Part shown: one piece after another, positions 26,597 to 36,694 of the stretch
Numbering within the stretch: position 1 is the stretch's first letter
Layout of the letters: each line of letters starts with the position of its first letter
Origin: a virus
Taxonomy: Duplodnaviria; Caudoviricetes
Strand: one strand, 5' to 3'
Length of the DNA stretch: 64,000 nucleotides
IMG/VR virus record: IMGVR_UViG_2934069824_000002
Location: 14,437-78,436 of that record
Made by a program: the position numbers and the translations under genes
The notes under the pieces: generated by a model
Seen by the model: only the letters and a program-made list of their open reading frames with translations
The model's database searches: none
Told to the model about the DNA's origin: nothing

Positions 26597-26612
26597 GGGT
26601 GGTGCTCCGTTC

Positions 26613-26831
26613 TCAGATGCTCGCCGGGTCCTTGGCGGCGGGCAGCGTGGACGCGGTGCCCTTGCGGCCGAGCCGCCCGGCCACCCACGACTTAGCCGAC
26701 GCGGCGAGCAGCGCGACCGGGGCCGCCCACCACACCGGCACATCAGCCAGCTCGACGACGGCCAGGCCGAGCGCGGCCTCCGCCCCCGTCCACGCGGACC
26801 GCTCGACGAGGTCCAGCAACAGTCTCTGCAT
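26613..26831 (-). CDS. Holin (r1t-like)
   Basis: DLVERSAWT, two TM segments; directly after the endolysin. Confidence 0.8.
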   Translation of the reverse strand: MQRLLLDLVERSAWTGAEAALGLAVVELADVPVWWAAPVALLAASAKSWVAGRLGRKGTASTLPAAKDPASI

Positions 26832-26870
26832 GATCAATCTCCTAGGGGTTGGTGAAGCGAGTTGGTGGGG

Positions 26871-27746
26871 TCAGACGTTGGGGACCTTGAGCCGGTCCCA
26901 CGAGCCCTTGCCGGGGATGCCGTCGGCGGCCGCGCCGGAGTAGCCGCACTTGCGCTGCCAGGCGGCGTACGACTTCCGGTCCGCCTCCGACCACCTCGGG
27001 CCCGGGCCGACCGCGTACCGGCCGCAGCCCTCGGCGGCCAGGCGGCGGCCCATCGCGGTGACGACCGGGCTGTTGCGGCCGGCCTTGAAGAACGCCGCCC
27101 CGGGGAACGGCTCGTACCGCGGCTTCGCCGGCGGCTCGGCCGGGCCGTCGGCGGAGCTCCCGAGCCGCTTGCCGATCCGCGTGCGCATCGAGTTCATGGT
27201 GAATCCGCGCGGATCGACCTTGCCCGGCTGCCACTCCAGGTGGCCGAGCACGGACCGGGGCCCCCAGCCGTGCGCCCGGCAGACGGCGGCGGCCGCGCGC
27301 TCGATCGCGAGCAGCTGCTCGGCCGGCCACGGGTCCTCACCGTCGCCGAGGTTCACCGCTTCGAACCCGTAGAAGTGGCGGTTCCCGTCGGTGTTGGCCT
27401 CGTTGTCCGGCGGGAGCTCCCTCTCGGCGATGACGGCCTGGAGGACGTCGTCGTCGCCGGACCCGGCGTGGTTCGCGCGCCCGTGGCCGACGAGGTACAC
27501 GGTGCCGTCCTTGGCGATGACGCCGTGGCAGAGCGGCCCGGGCAGGGCGGAGTGGCCGTTGTAGCAGAGCTCCACGGAAGAGGCGGTTCCCGACGTCACG
27601 GTGTGGTGGATCATCACGCCGTGCATCGGGCCCACCGGACCCTTGTGGTTGCGGCTGTTGGTGCGCCAGCTCCGGTGTTCGACGACGTGGAGGCCCTCGT
27701 CGCGGAGGGCTTTCAGAAGTTTGTCGGCGGAGAGGAATGTGGCCAT
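26871..27746 (-). CDS. Endolysin: N-acetylmuramoyl-L-alanine amidase plus peptidoglycan-binding domain
   Basis: IHHT, RANHAG, GHLEW...KVDP motifs; C-terminal ADGIPG..SW. Confidence 0.93.
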   Translation of the reverse strand: MATFLSADKLLKALRDEGLHVVEHRSWRTNSRNHKGPVGPMHGVMIHHTVTSGTASSVELCYNGHSALPGPLCHGVIAKDGTVYLVGHGRANHAGSGDDDVLQAVIAERELPPDNEANTDGNRHFYGFEAVNLGDGEDPWPAEQLLAIERAAAAVCRAHGWGPRSVLGHLEWQPGKVDPRGFTMNSMRTRIGKRLGSSADGPAEPPAKPRYEPFPGAAFFKAGRNSPVVTAMGRRLAAEGCGRYAVGPGPRWSEADRKSYAAWQRKCGYSGAAADGIPGKGSWDRLKVPNV

Positions 27747-27810
27747 GTAGGCCCTCCAGACATGACGACGCCCCGGCCGTTGCGGCTCGGGGCGGGGGTG
27801 AACGGGTGGA

Positions 27811-28251
27811 TCAGACGGCTTCGTAGACCGTGAGGAGCACCGACGAGTAGACGTTGAGGTTCATGCCGGTGGCGAGGGTGACGACGAGCTTCGCGGTGTG
27901 GTTGCCCGCCGCAGGGATGACCTCGCGGTACGTCTGCGGGGTGGACCCGCGGTCGCCCGTTGTACCCGGCCCCTGCTGGTAGACGGCGAACTCCCCGACG
28001 CCGGCCCCGTCGATGAAGAGGCGTCCGGAGGACAGGCCGCCGATCGTGGTTGTCGGGTCGAAGTCGCACACGATCGTGGCGGTGATCACCGCGCCTGCGG
28101 TCTGGGTGGTGAAAGGGATGCTGATGCCGGGCGCGTCCGCGTTGGTCAGCGGCCCGGTAAGCGCGGCGGTCTGGGTGCCAGCCCGGTAGGTCTTGGGCTG
28201 CAAGCGGTTGAGCTGGTCGGCGGTCACCCGCTGTCCGGCGAGGATCGGCAT
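27811..28251 (-). CDS. Minor tail protein
   Basis: MPILAGQRVTADQLN start; beta-rich; follows the large tail protein. Confidence 0.72.
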   Translation of the reverse strand: MPILAGQRVTADQLNRLQPKTYRAGTQTAALTGPLTNADAPGISIPFTTQTAGAVITATIVCDFDPTTTIGGLSSGRLFIDGAGVGEFAVYQQGPGTTGDRGSTPQTYREVIPAAGNHTAKLVVTLATGMNLNVYSSVLLTVYEAV

Positions 28252-28262
28252 GATGCCCCCTT

Positions 28263-31200
28263 TCAGAGTGCGGCGCGCATCGGGTGGGTGAGGGACAGGT
28301 CGGTCCCGGCCGTCTGGTCCTTGACGATGCCGTTGATGGACCGGGTGACGTGGAAGGGCACCGGCCCGGACACCTCGAACTGATCGGTGGCGACGATCAC
28401 GGGCAGCGCGTTCGTGTTGTTGACCTGCAAGTTCATCCGGACGCCGGTTTGCCCGGCCGTCGTGATGCTGCCGTCCGTGGCGGTCGCCTGCCACGTTCCC
28501 GGCTCCGCTGTCCCGTCGCGCCAGCCGCGGGCCTGGAGGCTCGTGCCGGTGGTCTGAAGACGGATCCAGTAGGTGTCCCCGGCCGCGTACGTTCCGGCAA
28601 GGAGCGAGCTGATCGACAGGGTCGTGTACGTGCCTCCAACGACCTTGCGGATCCGGACGTCGATCGTGGCGTCCGCGTGGCAGTGGAGAACAGCGTGGTA
28701 GTACGTTCCGCTGTCCTGGTACCGGGACATGACGGCCATGTCGATGGAGTCGGTGGCAGCCACCACCGGCACCGTCATCGCCGCACGGATGTCGGTGTCG
28801 GCCAGCGTCGGGCCGGTGATGATCCGGCGCGAGGAGTCCACCGACGTGAGCGCGATCAGGCCCCGCCCGCCGTCGACCGTGTACTCCGTGGCGGATCCGC
28901 CGGAGCGGGTCCAGGCGTGCCCGGAGGAGCTGGTGCCCCACCCCGAACCGACTGCGGTGACACGCACGTTGTCCCATGTGGCGACGACCGGCAGCGCGTT
29001 CGTGTTCCCGCCGGACAGGATGGTGCGGGTCCCGACCGGCCCGGCCGCCGGGATCGACGTGGTGTATGCCTGCACATCCCAGCCGGTCGGCTCGGCGGTG
29101 GCGGTGGCCCACAGTTTGGCCTGCAGCACGCTGCCGACCAGGCGGGCGCGCACCGTCCACGTCTGCCCACCCGAGTAGGCCCCCTTGGAGACTGCTGCGG
29201 CGATCGTGGTGGACACGCCCGCGACCCGGGAGACGAGGAGCACGCTGATCGTTCCGGCGGTCGCCCTCACGACCTCGACGTAGTAGTAGTCCGCGGTGCT
29301 GGCCGCGCGCAGGCGCAGGCCCGTGGAGATCGAGGCGCCCGTCGCCACGACCGGCACGGTGATGTCGGCCTGCATGTCGACGTCGGCCAGGGCCACGGCC
29401 GACAGCTGCGTGAACCGGCTGCTGTTGACGACGCCCGCGCTGACGGTGCCGGCGCCGCTGCCGACCGCGTAGTCCGCGCTGGTGCCGCCGGAGTTGGTCC
29501 ACGCCTGTCCGGTGGTGGCGGTGCCCCAGCCGCCCGTCACCGTGCGGTCGAACGCGTCGGTGACGGTGGGCGGCAGGGCGCCCCGGGTGAACGTGTCGGT
29601 AACGGTGGGCGCCGTGGAGGAGCCGATGCTGTGGACCGTCACGACCTCGCCGCCGACGGTGACGTCGAACGGGAACTGGTCGCCCATGTCCGGACCGGTG
29701 TGGGTGTCGGTGCGGGCGAGGCGCACGTCGTCGGTGATCCACCACTCGCCGACGGTCCAGGTCGAGCGGCCCTCCACGCCGAGCCGGACACCGACCGCCC
29801 CGGCCGGGAGCGTCGCGGACACGCTGAGGTACGTCCACGTGCCGGCCGACACCGACGGCGCCGCCCCGTAGATGAACGACTCGACACCGCCCGCGTCTCT
29901 CCAGACGATGGCGACCCTCATGTTGTTGGCGGCCGCGCCGCCGGAGCGCACCCAGGCGCCGCCCGCCCACGTCTGCCCGGTGGCGGCGGGCTGCACGGCC
30001 GACGGGTCCCAGAGGTTGAGCGTGCCGGTGTCGGTGGGGTGCACGCGGGTGACCCGCAGAGCGCCCGTCCCGGAGTGGACGATGCCGGTCTCGTGGGAGA
30101 CGACGCCGATGCTGGCCCCCCGGGTGCATGCCCACGCCCCGGTCCCGGACTCGAACCCGGGGTCCGCGAGGACGTTCGGTGCGGCCGTGACCCAGGACGG
30201 GCCTGCCGTCACCGTTACGGGGAGCACGGTGTCCGCAGCCGCCACCGCCCCGGCCAGCTCCGATCCGTCCGTGTCCGCCCGGCCCAGCACCGGGTCCTCC
30301 ACCACACCCACCGTCCACGGTCGGGCGGGGACGCAGTTCATCTCGAGCGTCCACTGGAACTGGTCGAGGACCTCGGTGTAGCCGAGCACGTGCTGATCGA
30401 TCGTGTCCGGCGGCAGCCACCGCGGCGGGTTTCGGACCTGGACCCGGTCGCCGATGTCCATCGCGAGGACGTCGTCGACCAGGTGGGGTGCGGCGTGGAG
30501 CCACACGCTGATCGTCGGGTATCGGGCCTCGTCCCAGGTGCCGAGGTGGGTGCGCCACTGGGCGATCGGCTCGGGCTGGTTGTCGTCGTACAGCGACAGG
30601 GTCAGCGCCTCGTCGTACGGGCCGACACCGTCGGGCGGCGGCTGCACGGACAGCGGCCCGGTCGCCACCACCGAGCGAGCCGATGTCCCGCCGTCGCGGG
30701 TGACCGTGACGTCGTTGCGGAGCCGCTGGTCGTCCTCCACGGGATCCAGCGGTGGCGGGACCTCCCCGGGCGCGGTGTAGTCGAGGGCCAGGGCGACGGG
30801 CTGGTTGTAGAGCGTCCGACGGTCCCGGTACACCAGCCCGGTGCGGTCGCGCCGCTCGTAGAGGATCCCGCCGTCCGCGTTCTGGATTTCCTCCAGCAGG
30901 CTCAGGAGGGTGTCCGGGCGCTGGGGGCCGAGCCGGGTGGACCGGTCCGGGTAGTCCGAGCCGCGGCCGACCAGGTCGACGGTGGCGGCCTCCTCGGCCC
31001 CGAGCCGGGCTATGCGGGCCAGGCTGCTTTCGCCGAGGAAACCGTCGTCGGCTCCCTCGAAGATCGTGGTGGTGGGCGGCGCGTCGAGAACACCGGTGCC
31101 GGGCGTGGTGAAGATGGCCATGTGCCCGAGGGACATGCCTTCCATGGTCGAGTCCCAGGCGCCGGACACGCTCGCGATGCGCCCCTGCCCGGTGGTGGGG

Positions 31201-32759
31201 GCGGTGCCCAGGTAGTACCGCTGCCCGGTGGTGACGTCCCGCCAGGTCGCGGTGATGAGGCTGGCTCCGCCGCCGTAGTTGCCGCTGTAGATCGACAAGC
31301 GGTTCCATTTCCCGGCGAAGGTGGCCAGCGCCCCGGTCGTGCTGAGGGAGAACGCCCCGATGACCGTGCCGTCCCCGCTCAGCGTCTCGAGGCGGATGGC
31401 AGAGGAGGACGCGTAGAGAACCACCGATCGCATCGTGGCCCCGGCGATCGTGAGGCGCAGGACCTCCGTCTGCACGGGTGGCAACGTGGGCAGGTTGTAC
31501 ACCCATTCGATCTGCCAGCCGGTGACGGCGGCCGCCGGGACGCGCGCGAGCAGCGTCGTGCCGGCCTTCACGGTGGGGAGCGGAGCCGATCCGCCGAGGG
31601 TGTCCTCGGCCGCCCAGTTTGCGCCGGTCAGGGCTAGGGGCTGGGCACCGGGCACCGGACTGTATGCCTGTGTGCCCGCGGTGGCGGACTCCTCCATCGG
31701 CCAGTACGCCAGCAGCGACGGAGCCGACGGGATACGCCTGCGGAGAGTCGATGCCAGGGCCTTCTGCCCTTGGCCCAGACGTCGGGTCGTGCCTGCTGCC
31801 TCGACCGGCACGTAGACGTCCTCGCCGGAGACGTCCCATCGGGCCGGCCACGAGCTGATCTCACCGTGGAACCGGTACGCGCGGTCGCCGATCGCCGCAG
31901 CGGGGCCGAGAGTCCAGGCGCGGCCGGCGCTGTCGCTCCACCCGGTCGTCCCGGCGGGCAGGGCCCGAACGTCGAGGTCGGCGACCAGGGGGCCGTTGAT
32001 GCCTGACCGGACCTCGGCCCGGTGCACGATGCCGCGCATGGGCGGCACTCCGGCGACAGCCTGCGGGGCGATCTCCAGCGGCGCGGTCCCCGCATAGATG
32101 CTCGTGGGCGGGGTGCTGGTGATCGGGTCCCCCACCTGGATCCACGGTCCGGAGATCGTGGCCCCCCAGTAGAACTGGATGGTGAACCCGGTCCCGTTGT
32201 TCACGTCCATCGTGGCCCGGAGTGCCGCCCGCCGGGGGAGCTCCGGCAGGGACCGCTGAGCAAACACGCTGGCAGTCCCGGCGGTCGACCAGTTGAAGAA
32301 GACGACCCCGGCCTGGACCCGCAGCAGGTAGCCGCGCTGGTTGGCCGCACTGTCCCATTTGCCGATGAGGGCCTGGCCCTGCGCGGCGGTCCAGTCGCAC
32401 GTCGCCTCGATCCGCAGATCGAGGTCCCCGGTGATGTCGAGGGCGGCGGCGTCCGGGGTGCGGGCATAGGACGCGGTCGTGCCGTCCAACTGCAGGTACG
32501 ACTCCGGCCCCGGCACGGACACCCGCACCGGGGTGTTGCGCCCGATGAGCCCGTAGTACGGGCTCATCGGGTTGCGCGGGCTGTAGCGGCCATGCCGGTT
32601 GTTGAGCTGGAACTCGCACGTGGAGTGCTCGAGGGACGACGCCTCATCGCCTGCCCCGCGGGTGATGGCCATCGGCGTGCTGACCCGGACGTCCGTGCTG
32701 ACGTCCGTCCACATCCCTCCGATCTGCAGCTCGGTACGGATGTCCAGGGGAAACGCCAT
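28263..32759 (-). CDS. Large tail/baseplate receptor-binding protein with LamG-like, CBM-like and duplicated beta-sandwich modules
   Basis: LNNRHGRYSPRNP N-terminus, AYWPME, PNVLADPGFESG, two GWGT...AW domains. Confidence 0.88.
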   Translation of the reverse strand: MAFPLDIRTELQIGGMWTDVSTDVRVSTPMAITRGAGDEASSLEHSTCEFQLNNRHGRYSPRNPMSPYYGLIGRNTPVRVSVPGPESYLQLDGTTASYARTPDAAALDITGDLDLRIEATCDWTAAQGQALIGKWDSAANQRGYLLRVQAGVVFFNWSTAGTASVFAQRSLPELPRRAALRATMDVNNGTGFTIQFYWGATISGPWIQVGDPITSTPPTSIYAGTAPLEIAPQAVAGVPPMRGIVHRAEVRSGINGPLVADLDVRALPAGTTGWSDSAGRAWTLGPAAAIGDRAYRFHGEISSWPARWDVSGEDVYVPVEAAGTTRRLGQGQKALASTLRRRIPSAPSLLAYWPMEESATAGTQAYSPVPGAQPLALTGANWAAEDTLGGSAPLPTVKAGTTLLARVPAAAVTGWQIEWVYNLPTLPPVQTEVLRLTIAGATMRSVVLYASSSAIRLETLSGDGTVIGAFSLSTTGALATFAGKWNRLSIYSGNYGGGASLITATWRDVTTGQRYYLGTAPTTGQGRIASVSGAWDSTMEGMSLGHMAIFTTPGTGVLDAPPTTTIFEGADDGFLGESSLARIARLGAEEAATVDLVGRGSDYPDRSTRLGPQRPDTLLSLLEEIQNADGGILYERRDRTGLVYRDRRTLYNQPVALALDYTAPGEVPPPLDPVEDDQRLRNDVTVTRDGGTSARSVVATGPLSVQPPPDGVGPYDEALTLSLYDDNQPEPIAQWRTHLGTWDEARYPTISVWLHAAPHLVDDVLAMDIGDRVQVRNPPRWLPPDTIDQHVLGYTEVLDQFQWTLEMNCVPARPWTVGVVEDPVLGRADTDGSELAGAVAAADTVLPVTVTAGPSWVTAAPNVLADPGFESGTGAWACTRGASIGVVSHETGIVHSGTGALRVTRVHPTDTGTLNLWDPSAVQPAATGQTWAGGAWVRSGGAAANNMRVAIVWRDAGGVESFIYGAAPSVSAGTWTYLSVSATLPAGAVGVRLGVEGRSTWTVGEWWITDDVRLARTDTHTGPDMGDQFPFDVTVGGEVVTVHSIGSSTAPTVTDTFTRGALPPTVTDAFDRTVTGGWGTATTGQAWTNSGGTSADYAVGSGAGTVSAGVVNSSRFTQLSAVALADVDMQADITVPVVATGASISTGLRLRAASTADYYYVEVVRATAGTISVLLVSRVAGVSTTIAAAVSKGAYSGGQTWTVRARLVGSVLQAKLWATATAEPTGWDVQAYTTSIPAAGPVGTRTILSGGNTNALPVVATWDNVRVTAVGSGWGTSSSGHAWTRSGGSATEYTVDGGRGLIALTSVDSSRRIITGPTLADTDIRAAMTVPVVAATDSIDMAVMSRYQDSGTYYHAVLHCHADATIDVRIRKVVGGTYTTLSISSLLAGTYAAGDTYWIRLQTTGTSLQARGWRDGTAEPGTWQATATDGSITTAGQTGVRMNLQVNNTNALPVIVATDQFEVSGPVPFHVTRSINGIVKDQTAGTDLSLTHPMRAAL

Positions 32760-35524
32760 CAGGAGGTCCTCGTCTTTCCGTAGCCGAAGGTCTTCTGCAC
32801 GTCACCGGTGCCGTCCTTGCGGACAATGCCGCGGATCAGCGCCTTGAACTCGGGAGCTCCGGCGAGCTCGATGATGAGGTGGTCCGTTGCTCCCACATCC
32901 GTGCCGCTGGCGCGGGGCTGCTGCATCTTCTTGATGCCGGGGACGTCGACCAGGTGGCGCATCGTCCGGTCCAGCGAGCCGCGGGCGCCCTCGGCCCCGA
33001 CCTCCACGCCGGTCGGCACGTGCCGGCCGACCTCGCGCGCCATCACCCGCGACGGGGAGTTGATGCCGAGCGCCTTCTTGATCGCCTTGGTCATGCCCTT
33101 GGCGATGGTGACCATCTGCTTCTCGATCAGCTTTTGCTGCGAGGCGAGGCCCTTGATCAGGCCTTGTGCGGCCTGAATGCCGGTGCCATACATGGCTGTT
33201 CCGGCGGTCGCCCCCGCGGCGGTCGCAGCGTTGCCGAGCGCTTTCTGCTGCGCGTTGAGCTGCTGGACCTGGGCGGACGACGCGTTCGCGAGAGCGGCGG
33301 CCGTGGCCGACCCCTGCTCCACTCCGGCCTGCCCGATCTGGGCGATGAGGTCGGCGGCCACCCCCTTCTTGCGGAGCTTGGCGAGGTTGGCGGTGAACTG
33401 CAGGGCCTGGGTGACCTTCGCGGTGAGACCGGCGATCAGGGAGGTGGCGGTGACGGGGACGTCCTGGACGAGCTGGGTGATGTTCGCGCTGTCCATGACG
33501 CCCTTGCGGACGTCCGCCATCAGCTTGTCGCGGGCCTTGACCTGCGCGGCCAGCCTCTTGCGGGCGTCCTGCAGCCGGGACGCGACGTTCGCGTCCCGCT
33601 TGGCCAGGGCCACCAGCGCCCGGGACCCGTCGCCGATCCTGCCCAGGGCCTTGGAGCGCTTCTTGCCCGGGGCGAGGCTGCCGCGGACGATACCGGCGAG
33701 CTTCTCGGCGGCGGCCTTCACCTGCTTCGCGGTGCCGAGGAGGCCGACTCCGAGGCCCTTGCCGATCCACTGGCCCTGCGCCTTGGTGACTTTCGACGGC
33801 GACGCGATGCCGAGGGCCTTCGCGATCGGCCCGGGCACCGCCGACTTCGCGAAGCTCATCAGCTGGCCCTTGAGCCAGCCGCCCATGGACTGGATGCCCC
33901 GCCACAGGCCCTGCACCACGGCGATGCCTTTGGAGTAGAGCAGGTTGTTCAGGCTGGACAGGGCGGCGAGGATCCGGCCGGGCATGCCCCGCACGTACGC
34001 GATCAGCGCGGTGACCTTGGAGACGGTGCCGGACTTGATGCGGTCCCAGTGGTTCAGGAAGAACTTGACGATGAACCAGCCGGTGACGAACGACAGGATC
34101 GTCATCAGCGTGCTCTTGATCTTCGACCAGACCCACGTCCAGGCGGCCGCGGTCCACTTCTTGATCTTGTCCCAGTTCGCGATGATCAGGACGGCGAGGC
34201 CGATCACTGCGGCGATGACCCAGCCGATCGGACCCATCGCAATCAGCCACTGAGCGGCCATGATGACGGCCCACGCGATGGCGCGGGCGGCCATGAGGGC
34301 GAACTGCACGGTGGCGGTGACCGCAGCCCGTACGACGGCGGCGATCCACGTGCCGATCGACAGGAGGGCGCTGCCCATCCACGCGGCGGCGGTCCGGGCC
34401 GCCGATACGACGGCTGCGGCACCGAGCCGGATGTAGGCCATAAGACCGACGGCCATCATCCGCGTCCAGGCGGTGACGGCCAGGTAGCTGGACGACGCCA
34501 TGAGCCGGTTGGCGACGGCGACGCCGGCGGCCCCCACCTTGTAGCCGATCATCCCGACCTTGACGGCGACCAGGACGGCGGCCAGCACCTTCAGCACCGG
34601 CGCGGGCGTGCTGTTGATGATGTTGGCCAGGTACAGGGCCAGCGTCGCGGTGGCCCCGAGCACCGGGGAGAGCGCCACCAGGAGCTTGAGGAGCGCTCCT
34701 GCGACCGCACCGAGGGTTTCACGGCCCTGTTCTGCGAGCGCCAGGAAGTCGGCCAGGCCGTCGCTGCCCTTGAGGCCGCTGCCCCACGCGGCGAACGCAC
34801 CGGTCATCGAGACGAGGCCGCCGGTCATCCCGTCGGAGGCGGGGAGGAACGCCTGCAGCAGCCCGGCGACCCCGATCGCGAGGTTCTTGATGACGGTGAG
34901 GAAGTCGCGCAGCGCGGGGCCGGCGGCCTTCGACATGTCGTCGGCCCAGTCCTTGAACCGGGCCGACTTCACGCCCTTGGCGATGTCGTCGAAGAACCCC
35001 GAGAGAGCGCCGGCGGCCGCCTTCACGAACGGGGTGAGCATCGGCAGCAGGCGCCGCAGCAGCTCAATGCCCTTGGTGTAGACGGGCATGGTCGTGCTGG
35101 CCATGCTGTCGGACCACTTCTGGTGGTCCTTCTGCAGCCCGATGTACGCCTTCGCGGTCGCCCGGGTCGCCGGGGGCAGGTCAGCAAGGGCGGCGTTGTA
35201 GGCCTTCTGCGCCTCGGCGGCCTTCTCCCCGCCCTCCGCAGCCGCCTCCTGGGCGGCCGCAGCGAGCTCGGCGACGTTCTTGACCGCCTCCATCTGCGGT
35301 CCGGCCGCCGCCTGGAACGCCTTGTAGGCGAGGCCGGCCGCGACGGCCGCCGCGGCAATGCCCAGCACGCCCGTCGCGACGGCCGCCGCCACGGGGACAC
35401 CGACGCCGAGGCCTGCGGCGGCCTTGGCGACACCCAGGAGCATCTTCTTGGCGCGGTCGGCACCGGCACGAAGCTGGTCGGTGTCGATGCCGAGACGCAC
35501 CGTCATGGACGCGAGAGTCGCCAC
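32759..35524 (-). CDS. Tape measure protein
   Basis: 921 aa, Ala-rich, W-spaced repeats, two LGI.SPS.V motifs. Confidence 0.93.
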   Translation of the reverse strand: MATLASMTVRLGIDTDQLRAGADRAKKMLLGVAKAAAGLGVGVPVAAAVATGVLGIAAAAVAAGLAYKAFQAAAGPQMEAVKNVAELAAAAQEAAAEGGEKAAEAQKAYNAALADLPPATRATAKAYIGLQKDHQKWSDSMASTTMPVYTKGIELLRRLLPMLTPFVKAAAGALSGFFDDIAKGVKSARFKDWADDMSKAAGPALRDFLTVIKNLAIGVAGLLQAFLPASDGMTGGLVSMTGAFAAWGSGLKGSDGLADFLALAEQGRETLGAVAGALLKLLVALSPVLGATATLALYLANIINSTPAPVLKVLAAVLVAVKVGMIGYKVGAAGVAVANRLMASSSYLAVTAWTRMMAVGLMAYIRLGAAAVVSAARTAAAWMGSALLSIGTWIAAVVRAAVTATVQFALMAARAIAWAVIMAAQWLIAMGPIGWVIAAVIGLAVLIIANWDKIKKWTAAAWTWVWSKIKSTLMTILSFVTGWFIVKFFLNHWDRIKSGTVSKVTALIAYVRGMPGRILAALSSLNNLLYSKGIAVVQGLWRGIQSMGGWLKGQLMSFAKSAVPGPIAKALGIASPSKVTKAQGQWIGKGLGVGLLGTAKQVKAAAEKLAGIVRGSLAPGKKRSKALGRIGDGSRALVALAKRDANVASRLQDARKRLAAQVKARDKLMADVRKGVMDSANITQLVQDVPVTATSLIAGLTAKVTQALQFTANLAKLRKKGVAADLIAQIGQAGVEQGSATAAALANASSAQVQQLNAQQKALGNAATAAGATAGTAMYGTGIQAAQGLIKGLASQQKLIEKQMVTIAKGMTKAIKKALGINSPSRVMAREVGRHVPTGVEVGAEGARGSLDRTMRHLVDVPGIKKMQQPRASGTDVGATDHLIIELAGAPEFKALIRGIVRKDGTGDVQKTFGYGKTRTS

Positions 35525-35555
35525 GGGGACCGGCCCCCTCTCGCTGCTCAGATGT

Positions 35556-35900
35556 TCAGTTGTCGGCGCGCACCCGGCCGCCCAGCGCGACGTTCGCCTG
35601 CATGGCCTTGGCGAAGAGCTCTTCGGGGGTGAGGGTGCGCTTGCCCTCCCAGGAGGGCAGGAAATCGTTCGGGGTGAGCATGCGGCCCTTGGCCCGCTGG
35701 GAGTTGGCGATCACGGCGGCGAGGATCGCCATCTGAACGTCGCCGCGGTGACCGCCGAGCGGCCCCGTCAGCTGCTCTACTGCTTGCCACTCCGAGAGCT
35801 CGCGCGAGCTGACCCGCCCGAGGAGCTCGGCGACGGTGTACCCGAGGTGTCCGGCGAGCCGGAAGTAGAAGAGCCGCTCGGGGCGGCGTCGGAGTTTCCC
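35556..35900 (-). CDS. Tail assembly chaperone GT extension via -1 frameshift
   Basis: Slippery GGGAAAC at 35894..35900; the -1 frame reads RRPERLFYFRLAGHLG...SSRELSEW...GPLG to TGA at 35556. Confidence 0.8.
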   Translation of the reverse strand, partial: GKLRRRPERLFYFRLAGHLGYTVAELLGRVSSRELSEWQAVEQLTGPLGGHRGDVQMAILAAVIANSQRAKGRMLTPNDFLPSWEGKRTLTPEELFAKAMQANVALGGRVRADN

Positions 35901-36261
35901 GTCAGCTCCTCCACATCCTCCTGGGTGAGGCCGGAGAGGCGGTTGGCGACGTCGACAACGCGCTGCAGGGCCTCGGCGTTCTTGTCGGACAGGCGCTTGA
36001 TCTCGCCGACGGACCGGAACATCTTGTTGCCGGCCTGGTCGACGAGGCAGGCCGCGGCGATCCTGGCCCGGTAGTACTCCAGGCCTTGTCCTTGGGCAGC
36101 TGCTTCATGTCGTTGCCGACGAACCCGGCCTCGAACCGGTCGCGTTCGGTGCCGGACATGCCCTTCACGCGGACGGTGCCGCCCCACTCGGGCACGGCGA
36201 CGTCCTCGATGGCGAGGTCGTCGGCGTCGAGGATCTGCTCTGCGGACAGGTAGTTGGTCAT
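35777..36261 (-). pseudogene. Tail assembly chaperone G with an apparent 1-bp deletion near 36083
   Basis: N-half (VPEWGG..) and C-half (YRARIAAACLVD..) lie in different frames; one extra C restores KDKALEYY. Confidence 0.7.
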
Positions 36262-36263
36262 GT

Positions 36264-36683
36264 TCAGATTCCCGGGTTCAGTACGGGCTTCCCCGACACC
36301 TTGAAGGTGAGGGACGCGGCCAGCTTGTCGTCGTGGGGGGCTTCGGGCTCGAAGCCCTTGAGGATCGCCTTGAACGCCCAGTCGCCCAGCGTTCCGGGCC
36401 AGACCACCTTGTAGCTGCGGGGGTTGGGGTCGTCCAGGTCGGCGACCAGGGTGTCGTGCACGCGCGGGTCGTAGTTGATGTCGATGGACACCTCCCCGCC
36501 GTCCTTCAGACCGCCGATGTGCTCACGCCACTGGTCGGGCGACCCGTGGGTGGTGACGTCGATCGTTTCCCGCTCGAGGGCGGGGGGCGTGATGTCGGTG
36601 ACGTTCGCGATGGCCGTGAAGACCTCCGGCCCCGCCCCGTTCCCGCGCTGCAGCTGTGTGCCGAAGGCATCCAGACCAGCCAT
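36264..36683 (-). CDS. Major tail (tube) protein
   Basis: ETIDVT...WREHIGGLKDGGE...FKVSGKP. Confidence 0.9.
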   Translation of the reverse strand: MAGLDAFGTQLQRGNGAGPEVFTAIANVTDITPPALERETIDVTTHGSPDQWREHIGGLKDGGEVSIDINYDPRVHDTLVADLDDPNPRSYKVVWPGTLGDWAFKAILKGFEPEAPHDDKLAASLTFKVSGKPVLNPGI

Positions 36684-36694
36684 GGGCTTCTCTC

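Noticed and set aside
27811-31851. 1346-aa ORF overlapping the tail gene
   Set aside because: Arg/Gly-rich off-frame read; only the last 146 aa (from 28251) look like a real protein
28263-32759. Diversity-generating retroelement acting on the tail gene
   Set aside because: No reverse transcriptase seen, and the duplicated domains are too diverged to be a TR/VR pair
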